Source of the DNA: Acidimicrobiia bacterium
Lineage (GTDB): Bacteria; Actinomycetota; Acidimicrobiia; Spongiisociales; Spongiisociaceae
DNA length: 64,000 nt
Assembly: GCA_041576165.1 (NCBI GenBank)
Contig: JBFGLM010000008.1
Span: forward strand, 59,091 to 123,090
Reading direction: 5' to 3'
A program made the translations under genes and the position numbers. Every line of letters begins with the position of its first letter. Position 1 is the stretch's first letter. Of this stretch, positions 16,937 to 25,134 are shown in pieces. The notes beneath the pieces were generated by a model. The model made no database searches, was not told where the DNA came from, and saw nothing but the letters and a program-made list of their open reading frames with translations.

Positions 16937-18157
16937 ATGTCAGCGACCTACGTCTACAAGGTTCGGGACAACAGCGGGGCCATTCACGATGGCGAGATGG
17001 AGGGCTCCAGTCAGAGCGCAGTCGCTCGAGCCCTGCGTGACAAGGGCTTCACCCCGATCACGGTCGACGAGAAGACGACATCGGCCCTCCAGAAGGACCT
17101 GAAGATCCCCGGTCTCTCCGACCGGATCAAGATCAAGCAGGTTGCGGTGTTCAGCCGCCAGTTCGCCACGATGATCAACTCAGGTCTCTCGCTGCTCCGT
17201 TCGCTGAGCATTCTCGCCGACCAGACCGATAGCTCGGCGCTGGCCAAGGTGATCCTCGAGGTCAAGGCCAAAGTGGAGCAGGGAGCCAGCCTCTCCGCCG
17301 CCATGGAAGCCCACCCGAAGGCCTTTTCCAAGTTGTACGTCTCGATGGTAAAGGCCGGCGAGGTCGGTGGTGTGCTCGACGAGACGCTGCTCCGACTGGC
17401 CGACACCATCGAAGCCCAGGTCGAACTGCGCGCGAAGATCAAGTCCGCGATGATGTACCCCACGGCCGTCATGGGCCTCGTGGTGCTGATCGTCACGGCC
17501 ATGCTCATCTTCATCGTGCCGATGTTTGAGAACCTCTACGCCGACCTTGGCGGCGAGCTCCCGGTACCCACCAAGCTGCTACTGGCGATATCGGCATTCC
17601 TCACCAAGTACTGGTATTTGGCCGGAATCCTGACGTTCGGCACGCTGTTCGGCTTCAAACGCTGGATCGCTACCGACGGCGGGCGCGCCCGGTTCGACGC
17701 GATCAAACTGAAGCTTCCGATCTTCGGCCCGCTGGTGCACAAGACTGCAATCGCCCGCTTCTCGCACACATTGTCGGCGTTGACCCGCACCGGCGTGCCC
17801 ATCCTTCAAGCGATGGACATCGTCGCAGAGACCTCCGGCAACGCGGTGGTCGCCCGGGCCGTCACAGACGTGCAGTCGTCGATCAAGGAAGGGGAATCCA
17901 TCGCCGCCCCCCTCATGAATCACTCGATCTTTCCGCCGATGGTCGTGCAGATGATGGCGGTCGGCGAGGAGACCGGCGCTTTGGACACCATGCTCGAAAA
18001 GGTCGGGATCTTCTACGACAAAGAGGTCGAGGCGATGGTCGAGGGGTTGACCTCCCTGATCGAACCCCTGCTCATCGTCGTGCTGGGCGCCACCGTCGGT
18101 GGGATGCTGGTGGCCCTGTACCTGCCGATGTTCAACGTGATCAACCTGATCAACTGA
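16937..18157 (+). CDS. pilC: Type IV pilus platform protein (GspF family)
   Basis: FSRQFATMINSGL, AGEVGGVLD, KIKSAMMYP, VGEETGALD, IEPLLIV. Confidence 0.95.
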   Translation: MSATYVYKVRDNSGAIHDGEMEGSSQSAVARALRDKGFTPITVDEKTTSALQKDLKIPGLSDRIKIKQVAVFSRQFATMINSGLSLLRSLSILADQTDSSALAKVILEVKAKVEQGASLSAAMEAHPKAFSKLYVSMVKAGEVGGVLDETLLRLADTIEAQVELRAKIKSAMMYPTAVMGLVVLIVTAMLIFIVPMFENLYADLGGELPVPTKLLLAISAFLTKYWYLAGILTFGTLFGFKRWIATDGGRARFDAIKLKLPIFGPLVHKTAIARFSHTLSALTRTGVPILQAMDIVAETSGNAVVARAVTDVQSSIKEGESIAAPLMNHSIFPPMVVQMMAVGEETGALDTMLEKVGIFYDKEVEAMVEGLTSLIEPLLIVVLGATVGGMLVALYLPMFNVINLIN

Positions 18158-18303
18158 CGTGCGCCGCTCGCCGCGCACTGCGTCCCCTCCGCTCTCAGCT
18201 CACGCTGCCGCCTCCATAGGCGTGGCCCGGCAATGACCAGCCATCTGGAGGTGACTAGTCCGTCGGCGCAAAGAGCCATTAGCACCAACTCACACAAACA
18301 GTG

Positions 18304-18332
18304 CTCAATTCACCACAGAGGGTGGCCGATAC
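18304..18332 (+). promoter_or_regulatory. Putative sigma-WhiG/FliA promoter of the major pilin
   Basis: CTCA-N17-GCCGATAC. Confidence 0.7.
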
Positions 18333-18388
18333 ACGATAACGGTAGGGAGGGCCGACAAGCGGCCCGACATCCAGGAGGTACGAGAAAG

Positions 18389-18865
18389 ATGATCGGTTGG
18401 ATTCGCAACCGTCTCAGCCGCGACGAGGGCTTCACGCTTGTCGAGCTGATGGTGGTGGTGCTTGTCATCGCTATTCTGATTGCCATCGCCATCCCGACGT
18501 TCTTGGGCGCTCGCCAGCGGGCACAGGACCGGGCCGCGCAGAGCGATCTGCGTAACGCGTTGACCGCCGCCAAGGTGTTCTACGTGGACAACGAGGACTA
18601 CGACGCAGTCGATGACGGCGTGACGAATGACCTCGAGGACATCGAGCCGAGCCTGGCGCTGGACAACACCATCGCCAACGCGACGGCGGACATCGTCGGG
18701 TACACCGGCGCCGGCCAGACCATCGTGATGGAGAAGCAGAGCTCTTCGGGCACCTGGTTCTGTATCGCAGATGATGCCTCGGCTGGTGGTGGCACCACCT
18801 ACGGTTCCGGCGCTGCGGCGGCTGACGCCGACACCGTGGCCGAGTGTGCAGCTGCAAGCTGGTAG
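18389..18865 (+). CDS. pilA: Type IVa pilin (likely major pilin)
   Basis: RDEG|FTLVELMVVVLVIAILIAIAIP; SD AGGAGG; own promoter and terminator; two C-terminal Cys. Confidence 0.9.
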   Translation: MIGWIRNRLSRDEGFTLVELMVVVLVIAILIAIAIPTFLGARQRAQDRAAQSDLRNALTAAKVFYVDNEDYDAVDDGVTNDLEDIEPSLALDNTIANATADIVGYTGAGQTIVMEKQSSSGTWFCIADDASAGGGTTYGSGAAAADADTVAECAAASW

Positions 18866-18882
18866 ACACTGACCAACTAGTT

Positions 18883-18916
18883 GAAATGAGGCGGGTCGTC
18901 AGACCCGCCTCATTTC
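18883..18916 (+). terminator. Intrinsic terminator after pilA
   Basis: Perfect 15-bp stem GAAATGAGGCGGGTC-GTCA-GACCCGCCTCATTTC followed by GCGTTTC. Confidence 0.85.
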
Positions 18917-18950
18917 GCGTTTCTCCATGGACAACAACCCTTTCCCGCGC

Positions 18951-18978
18951 TTCATGTTCGTCGGCCTGTGGCCGATAA
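18951..18978 (+). promoter_or_regulatory. Putative sigma-WhiG/FliA promoter of the second pilin and pilD
   Basis: TTCA-N16-GCCGATAA (consensus sigma28 -10). Confidence 0.65.
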
Positions 18979-19007
18979 ATCTGGGAGCCCGCACAGGACA
19001 GGAGAAC

Positions 19008-19466
19008 ATGCGACGCCAAGAGTCCGACGGTGGATTCACGCTGGTCGAGCTGATGGTCGTCGTGCTCGTGATCGCGATCCTGATCGCCATCGCCGTCCCG
19101 ACATTCCTCGGCGCCCGGCAAAGGGCCCAAGACCGAACGACCCAGTCCAACCTGGTCCAGGCTTCCAAAACGCAGTCAACGTATGCAGCCGATATCGACA
19201 GCTTCACAGACAACGTGCCGGCCCTCGTCGCCGAGGAGCCGTCACTTGACTGGAGCGGTACGGACCCCGAAGACATTCACGTAGTCGTGGCCGACGTCCA
19301 GCCGGGCGACAACCGCCAGGTGCTTCTCTATAGCCGGTCCAATTCGGGTACGTGGTTCGGACTCCGCATCGTGCGCCAAGGGGCGTCCGCCGGTCGCTAC
19401 ACATGCGCAGGTGCGGCAGAATCCAACGTCGACGACATGGTCGACTGTTCGGGGCAGGTTTGGTAG
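19008..19466 (+). CDS. Second type IVa pilin (pilA paralog)
   Basis: SDGG|FTLVELMVVVLVIAILIAIAVP; SD AGGAG. Confidence 0.9.
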   Translation: MRRQESDGGFTLVELMVVVLVIAILIAIAVPTFLGARQRAQDRTTQSNLVQASKTQSTYAADIDSFTDNVPALVAEEPSLDWSGTDPEDIHVVVADVQPGDNRQVLLYSRSNSGTWFGLRIVRQGASAGRYTCAGAAESNVDDMVDCSGQVW

Positions 19467-20227
19467 CTGTAGCACTGCTCGTCGGTCTGTTCGGGCTGGC
19501 GATCGGGAGTTTTCTCAACGTGGTGGCCTATCGGGTCCCTCAGGACCTGTCGGTCATCACGCCCCGTAGCGCATGTCCGAGCTGTGAACAACCCATCCGG
19601 CCGCGCGACAACATCCCAGTGCTCGGCTGGGTGCTGCTCCGCGGCCGTTGCCGAGACTGCGGCCAGGCGATATCCGTTCGATATCCGATAGTCGAGGCGG
19701 TCACCGGCGTGCTGTTCGCATTGACAGTGCTCGTGATTGGGATCCGGTGGGATCTGCCCGCGCACCTCTGGTTCGTCGGGCTCACCATCGTTCTGATCGT
19801 GACGGACTTCGACCACCACCGCATACCCAACCGGATATTGCTGCCCGGCACGCTCGTCGGAGTGGCGCTCCTCGTCATAGGTGGGGCATTGGAGGGCCGC
19901 TTGCTGGATGTTGGTGTAGGGCTGCTGACCGGGGCTGCCAATTTCTTGTTGTTCCTTGTCATTGCACTCGCTGCACGTGGCGGCTTCGGCATGGGTGACG
20001 TCAAACTGGCGTTCATCCTCGGTGCCTTCACGGGATATCACGCGTGGAGTTTTGCCGCCGTCGGAACGTTCCTCGCCTTTCTCCTCGGAGGCTTGGTGTC
20101 CATAGTGCTCCTGGTCATACGGCGCCGCGGGCGCAAGGACGCTATTGCGTTTGGGCCGCCAATGATCGTGGGCGCCTGGCTGGCCATAGTGTGGGGACGC
20201 GACATCCTCGACTGGTACTTGGGGTGA
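19460..20227 (+). CDS. pilD: Prepilin peptidase/N-methyltransferase
   Basis: IGSFLNVVAYR, CPSC...CRDC, GFGMGDVKL, FGP; start (TTG) uncertain. Confidence 0.93.
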   Translation: MVAVALLVGLFGLAIGSFLNVVAYRVPQDLSVITPRSACPSCEQPIRPRDNIPVLGWVLLRGRCRDCGQAISVRYPIVEAVTGVLFALTVLVIGIRWDLPAHLWFVGLTIVLIVTDFDHHRIPNRILLPGTLVGVALLVIGGALEGRLLDVGVGLLTGAANFLLFLVIALAARGGFGMGDVKLAFILGAFTGYHAWSFAAVGTFLAFLLGGLVSIVLLVIRRRGRKDAIAFGPPMIVGAWLAIVWGRDILDWYLG

Positions 20228-20259
20228 TCGCCACCTCCGGTGGCGTGCGTGTAATGAGC

Positions 20260-20432
20260 GGCCTACGGCCGCGCTCTTTGTTGCTGGGTCGCACCGCACA
20301 GGTCGCTGCGCCCCAGATTGAGGGGAGCCGCTCCGCGGGACCCCTCAAACTCCCCCTTTCGGGGTTGGGGGCTCGCTGCGCTTCGCTCGGCGGGAAGGTC
20401 CGGCTGTGGCCGTAGCTGTGGCTGTAGCTGGG
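20260..20432. repeat. Structured dispersed repeat, copy A
   Basis: Colinear with 23760-23919: shares GCTCGCTGCGCTTCGCTCG and GGTCCGGCTGTGGC exactly, plus a covarying stem. Confidence 0.75.
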
Positions 20433-20493
20433 GTCGTGCCGCCGTAGGCGGCGGAACGGCTAAAACTCCAGGCTGTGGATATCTCCTAGTTCC

Positions 20494-20546
20494 TTGCAGT
20501 TCGACACGGGAGGCAATTACGCTCTTGTAATCACAAGCATGTGATT
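20494..20546 (+). promoter_or_regulatory. Putative housekeeping-sigma promoter of pilMNOP with a palindrome at the start site
   Basis: TTGCAG-N18-TACGCT followed by AATCACA-AGCA-TGTGATT. Confidence 0.45.
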
Positions 20547-20621
20547 CTTCAGCGGCTGCGCTGGGCCGGTGAAGGATTGGGCGGTCAGCGCGCTGGCGAC
20601 TGTCACGAGCGGAGTATTCAG

Positions 20622-21692
20622 ATGGCGCTCAACGTGGGCCTGGACATCGGCACAACCGCAGTTCGTGCCGCATTGGTCCAGACCGGGCGGGGTAAACCGA
20701 AGCTGCAGAAGTACGGCCAAGTTGCACTACCCGAAGGCACGGTGGTGGGCGGCGAGATCGTAGACGAGGCAGTGATGCGCGACGCCCTCCATCAGCTTTG
20801 GAAGACCACCCGGCTACCCAAGAAGCGGGTGGTCGTCGGGATCGCCAATCAACGTGTGATCGTCCGGCGCATCGACATGGACTACATGGACGAGGAGCAG
20901 CTGGCCGAGGCGCTGCCCTTCCAGGCTCAGGAATACATCCCGATTCCGATTGACGACGCCATCCTCGATTTCGTCCCGCTCGAAGAGTTCACAACGCCTG
21001 AGGGGCAGGCCATGCTCTCGGTCCTGGTCGTGGCCGCCCAGCGATCGATGGCTAACGATGTGCTGCGGGTGGTCGGCTCGGTCGGCGCCCGGGTCATGGC
21101 GCTCGACCTGCAAGCGTTCGGGCTGGTTCGCGCCGCCTTCGGACCCGAGGCCAGCGCCGAAACCGGGCTGGCTGCCATCGTCGACATCGGTGGGAGCATC
21201 ACCCAGGTCAGCGTCATTCGGGACGGAACGGTGCGTTTCCTGCGGATCCTGAACATGGGGGGAGACGCCTTTACCACCGCAGTGCAAACCGGCCTGGATG
21301 TCAGCCATGAGCAAGCCGACCAGCTGAAACGGCGCATCGGAGTAGCGCCGGACGAGCTTGACAGCGACGAATCCGAGGACGGGCGGGCGCGCCGGATCCT
21401 GACCAGACAGGGCGATCAACTCATCGACGAGGTCCGGGGATCGATCGACTACTACCTGTCCCAGTCCAGCGACACTGCCGCCGAGACCATCTACATCTCC
21501 GGCAACGGAGCCCGCCTCCCCCATCTCGCCAACCGAATGGCTCGGATGCTGGATGTCAGCATCCAACCCATTCGCCTGCTCGAATCCGAACATCTCGAGA
21601 TCGGCAAGACCGGCCTTTCGGAAACGGAGCTCATGGCCACGCAGCCGGTTCTTCCGGTGGCCGCCGGCCTGGCGTTGTGGAGCGAGGCCTGA
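20622..21692 (+). CDS. pilM: Type IV pilus assembly protein PilM
   Basis: VGLDIGTTAVR, EYIPIPIDDAILDF, VDIGGSIT, ISGNGARL actin-like motifs. Confidence 0.93.
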   Translation: MALNVGLDIGTTAVRAALVQTGRGKPKLQKYGQVALPEGTVVGGEIVDEAVMRDALHQLWKTTRLPKKRVVVGIANQRVIVRRIDMDYMDEEQLAEALPFQAQEYIPIPIDDAILDFVPLEEFTTPEGQAMLSVLVVAAQRSMANDVLRVVGSVGARVMALDLQAFGLVRAAFGPEASAETGLAAIVDIGGSITQVSVIRDGTVRFLRILNMGGDAFTTAVQTGLDVSHEQADQLKRRIGVAPDELDSDESEDGRARRILTRQGDQLIDEVRGSIDYYLSQSSDTAAETIYISGNGARLPHLANRMARMLDVSIQPIRLLESEHLEIGKTGLSETELMATQPVLPVAAGLALWSEA

Positions 21693-22312
21693 TGCGGCCA
21701 ATCAATCTTCTCCCGCCTGAAGCTGCCCAGCGAGCAGCCGCCCGCCGTAAACGGGTCGGATTCATCCTGCTCGGCGTCTTGTGGCTCGTCGTGCTCTTCA
21801 TCGGATTCCTGTTCTTCAGCAATCGGGCCGACCAGAAAGAGGCCGAACGAGACGAACAGCTCGCTACCAACGAGGACATTCGCCGCCAAATTGCAGCTTT
21901 GGCATCAGTCGCCGGTCTCCAGGCCGAGCTCGACCAGCGCTCGGACGATGTGGCGACCGTGTTGGCAGTCGATGTGGCCTGGGGCCGACTGCTCAATGAC
22001 CTTGGTCGAGTGATTCCCGACCGGGTCTGGCTGGAGAGCTTTGCCGCCGTTGTCCAGGTAGACGAAGAGACTCCGGGATTCGGGACAGTCCAGATGGGCG
22101 GGGTTGCGTTTGACTACCCGGACGCAGCCTCGTGGCTCCGCACGCTTGATTCCGACCAGTGGCCGGCGATCGGAGCCGGCTGGGTCCTGTCCACTGCGAC
22201 GGAGGACATCGTCGAAGACGTGCCGGCGGTGGTATTCGCTTCAGTCGGCACGCTCACGTCCAATGCCCTTTCGAATCGGGTCGAGGAGCGGATACCCGAG
22301 GTGCCCGGATGA
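21692..22312 (+). CDS. pilN: Type IV pilus assembly protein PilN
   Basis: INLLP PilM-binding motif, TM helix, coiled coil, IPDRVWL. Confidence 0.9.
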   Translation: MRPINLLPPEAAQRAAARRKRVGFILLGVLWLVVLFIGFLFFSNRADQKEAERDEQLATNEDIRRQIAALASVAGLQAELDQRSDDVATVLAVDVAWGRLLNDLGRVIPDRVWLESFAAVVQVDEETPGFGTVQMGGVAFDYPDAASWLRTLDSDQWPAIGAGWVLSTATEDIVEDVPAVVFASVGTLTSNALSNRVEERIPEVPG

Positions 22313-23190
22313 GTCGGAACGCGCTGATCATTTCGATTCTCGTTGGGCTCCTTGTCACCGCGGCCTGGTGGTTCCTGCTGGTCGGTCCGCAGCGAGACCG
22401 GCAGAATCAAGCCGAGGAGGAACTGCAGGCCGCACAGGACGAAGAATTCATACTCCGGACTCAGCTGTCACAGCTCCAGCGGATTCAGGACAACGAGTTG
22501 CCGTATCGGGCCGCCATCGCCGAGCTCGAGACTGAGATCCCCGACCAGCCGCAGACGGCCAGCCTGATCGATCAGTTGGCTGCCCTTGCTGACGAAACGG
22601 GCGTCCTGTGGCAATCGGGCAATTACGGCAACCCGGAGTTGAACGAGGACACCGGTTTGTTCGAGATCCCCCTGGCGCTGAATGTCGAGGGGCAGTTCTT
22701 CGAGGTGCTCGGGTATCTCTACGGAGTGGCCGATCTCGACCGGTTGGTACGGATCGACGGCGTGAACATATCCCCGCGCCAGGACGAAGCCGGATTTACG
22801 ATTCTCAGTGTCAATCTGACGGGGCGGGCCTTCGCCACCGGCACCGTCCAAGTTCCGCTGATCGAGCTCGAGGTCCCGGACCAGCCCGCGGAGGAATCGA
22901 CCACGACCACCACCACCACACCCGAAGATGGAACGGGCGAGAACGGCGCGCTCGACACGGGTGAGTCCACTACGACCACCACCACACCCGAAGATGGAAC
23001 GGGCGAGAGCGGCGCGCTCGACACGGGTGAGTCCACTACGACCACCACCACACCCGAAGATGGAACGGGCGAGAGCGGCGCGCTCGACACCGGTGGGTCC
23101 ACTACGACCACCACCGCTGCGACATCATCGAACTCGTCAACTGACACCTCGGCTCCCGCCGGTGAGGCCAGCGCGGGAGGACGTGCCTGA
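22309..23190 (+). CDS. pilO: Type IV pilus assembly protein PilO with Thr-rich repeat tail
   Basis: TM helix plus coiled coil, IPDQPQTASLIDQL, VEGQFFEVLGYL...LDRLVRID. Confidence 0.85.
   Translation: MSRNALIISILVGLLVTAAWWFLLVGPQRDRQNQAEEELQAAQDEEFILRTQLSQLQRIQDNELPYRAAIAELETEIPDQPQTASLIDQLAALADETGVLWQSGNYGNPELNEDTGLFEIPLALNVEGQFFEVLGYLYGVADLDRLVRIDGVNISPRQDEAGFTILSVNLTGRAFATGTVQVPLIELEVPDQPAEESTTTTTTTPEDGTGENGALDTGESTTTTTTPEDGTGESGALDTGESTTTTTTPEDGTGESGALDTGGSTTTTTAATSSNSSTDTSAPAGEASAGGRA
22909..23115 (+). repeat. 66-bp tandem repeat, about 3 copies, in frame in pilO
   Basis: Units start at 22909, 22975 and 23041; each encodes TTTTPEDGTGE(N/S)GALDTG(E/G)STT. Confidence 0.95.
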
Positions 23191-23705
23191 TGCACCGCAC
23201 GGAACGAACCAGCGGGACTGCGGCTGCCACGGCCATCATCCTGGTAGGTGTCGCGGTGGCGATGGCGTGGATCGCGTTCAGCGGTTCTCTGTCCGGGGTC
23301 AGCGTCCCCGATTTCGACGGACCGCTCGCCCGGGCAGAGATCCAGGAAGCGGTGGCATCTCCGCTCATCGAGGGCATGCGGATCGAGAGTTCCATACAGT
23401 TCTCCCAGCCCCGCGACCCGTTCCGCCCGCTCATCACCGAGGACTCAGCTGGTGCTCCCGGAGGTGGCACCGGCACCAACGGCGACGGCACCGGAGTCGG
23501 CACATCCGTGACCCTCCAAGAGATCCGCGACGTCGACGGGGTGTTGCGGGCAACCGTCATTGTTGACGGGGTGAGTTACGACGTCGGCATTGGTGACCAG
23601 TTTGCCGGACGGTTCATGGTGGTGTCCCTCGACTCCGATAGCGGCGTGTTCCTCAACGGAGACAACGCCTTCTCACTCTCGGTAGGCCAACAGATATTGA
23701 AGTAG
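23190..23705 (+). CDS. PilP-like membrane-anchored protein
   Basis: N-terminal TM helix, PRDPFRP motif and C-terminal beta domain; position after pilO. Confidence 0.6.
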   Translation: MHRTERTSGTAAATAIILVGVAVAMAWIAFSGSLSGVSVPDFDGPLARAEIQEAVASPLIEGMRIESSIQFSQPRDPFRPLITEDSAGAPGGGTGTNGDGTGVGTSVTLQEIRDVDGVLRATVIVDGVSYDVGIGDQFAGRFMVVSLDSDSGVFLNGDNAFSLSVGQQILK

Positions 23706-23759
23706 TCGCCGGCGAGAGATCGGCCGGAGCAGGCTCCGGCTGAGTTTGGTCTAGGGATC

Positions 23760-23919
23760 GGCCTGTGGCCGTGCTGTTTTTCGCAGATTTGCACCGCAGC
23801 GGTCCGCTGCAAATCTGTGCGAGGGGGACGGCGGAGCCTATTCCCGTCACACAGCCCCTTTGGCGGCGGGTTTGCTCGCTGCGCTTCGCTCGTTGGGTCC
23901 GGCTGTGGCTGTGGCCGTA
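23760..23919. repeat. Structured dispersed repeat, copy B
   Basis: See copy A; perfect stem CAGATTTGCA/TGCAAATCTG. Confidence 0.75.
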
Positions 23920-23967
23920 CCCGTCGCTGGACCTGACAACCGCTCCCCAGCCGATACCATCACATCC

Positions 23968-25119
23968 ATGTTCAGATTTCTCACTGCCGGGGAGTCCCAC
24001 GGGCCCGGGTTGGTAACCATCGTCGAGGGGCTGCCGGCCGGCCTGCCGGTCATGCGGGACGGGATCGGCACCGAGTTGGCCCGGCGCCGGATGGGCTACG
24101 GGCGGGGCAACCGGATGAAGCTCGAACAGGATGAGCTGGAGATCATCGGCGGCGTTCGCCACGGGGTCACGCTCGGATCACCAGTGGCGGTGATCGTGCG
24201 CAATACGGAATGGCCCAAATGGGAAGAGGAGATGTCCCCGGATCCGGGAGAGCCGAAACGCCCCATGACGACGCCGCGTCCCGGGCACGCCGACCTGGTG
24301 GGGATGATGAAATATGACGTGCATGACGCCCGCAACATCCTGGAGCGAGCCTCCGCCCGTGAGACCGCGGCTCGAACGGTGGTCGGTTATCTGGCCAAGC
24401 AACTTCTGGGGTCGATCGGCGCGTCGGTGTTGAGCCACGTGGTAGCGATCGGCACCGTGGAGGGCACAGGGGAGACGCTCCCCAAGCCCGCCGACTTGGA
24501 GGCAATCGACAACTCGCCGGTGCGGGTGTTCGATCCGGCTTCCGAGCAGGCGATGATCGAGGAGATCGAACGGGCCAAAAAGGATCGCGACACGCTCGGC
24601 GGCGTAGTGGAAGTACTGGCGTACGGCCTGCCGCCCGGTCTCGGCAGCCATGTGCACTGGGATCGCCGGATCGACGCCCGAGTGGCACAGGCGTTGATGT
24701 CGATCCAGGCCATCAAAGCGGTGGAGGCGGGAGACGGCCTCCGAACCGCCCGACGACGGGGCTCGGAGGCCCACGACGAGATCTTCTACGAGGAAGGGAC
24801 CTTCACCCGGCCCAGTGATCGGGCCGGGGGAGTCGAGGGCGGGATGACAACGGGTCAGCCATTCCGGGTACGGGCGGCCATGAAACCGATCTCGACCGTC
24901 ATGAAGCCACTCCAGACGGTCAACGTCGTGACCAAAGAACCTGAGGTTGCGTTCCGGGAGCGATCTGACGTCTGCGCCGTGCCGGCTGCGGGAGTCGTCG
25001 CCGAACAAATGGTTGCGATCGTCCTCGCTCAGGAAGTGCAGCGGATGTTTGGTGGCGACACCGTGGCCGACCTGCGCACCAGCGTCGAGGCTTACACCGA
25101 ACGCCTCGGCGCCTTCTGA
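23968..25119 (+). CDS. aroC: Chorismate synthase
   Basis: MFRFLTAGESHG, PRPGHAD, LERASARETA, AMKPIST, RSDVCAVP. Confidence 0.97.
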   Translation: MFRFLTAGESHGPGLVTIVEGLPAGLPVMRDGIGTELARRRMGYGRGNRMKLEQDELEIIGGVRHGVTLGSPVAVIVRNTEWPKWEEEMSPDPGEPKRPMTTPRPGHADLVGMMKYDVHDARNILERASARETAARTVVGYLAKQLLGSIGASVLSHVVAIGTVEGTGETLPKPADLEAIDNSPVRVFDPASEQAMIEEIERAKKDRDTLGGVVEVLAYGLPPGLGSHVHWDRRIDARVAQALMSIQAIKAVEAGDGLRTARRRGSEAHDEIFYEEGTFTRPSDRAGGVEGGMTTGQPFRVRAAMKPISTVMKPLQTVNVVTKEPEVAFRERSDVCAVPAAGVVAEQMVAIVLAQEVQRMFGGDTVADLRTSVEAYTERLGAF

Positions 25120-25134
25120 TCAGCCCGCCTCGCC

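Noticed and set aside
18229-18280. Possible c-di-GMP-I riboswitch upstream of pilA (GGCAA...GGTGAC...GGCGCAAAG)
   Set aside because: Spacing and pairing do not form the P2/P3 stems, and it lies upstream of the predicted pilA promoter
18430-19140. Pilin antigenic-variation or recombination cassette
   Set aside because: Both pilins are complete genes, the shared N-termini differ at many synonymous sites, and no recombinase is nearby
22909-23115. CRISPR-like array
   Set aside because: Contiguous in-frame tandem repeat without unique spacers or cas genes
23950-23960. GCCGATAC sigma28 -10 box before aroC
   Set aside because: No CTCA at 16-17 nt; better explained as CTGACA-N16-TACCAT housekeeping promoter
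12666-23967. pil cluster as a mobile genomic island
   Set aside because: No integrase, transposase, tRNA target or obvious composition shift; the position matches old pil-aro synteny
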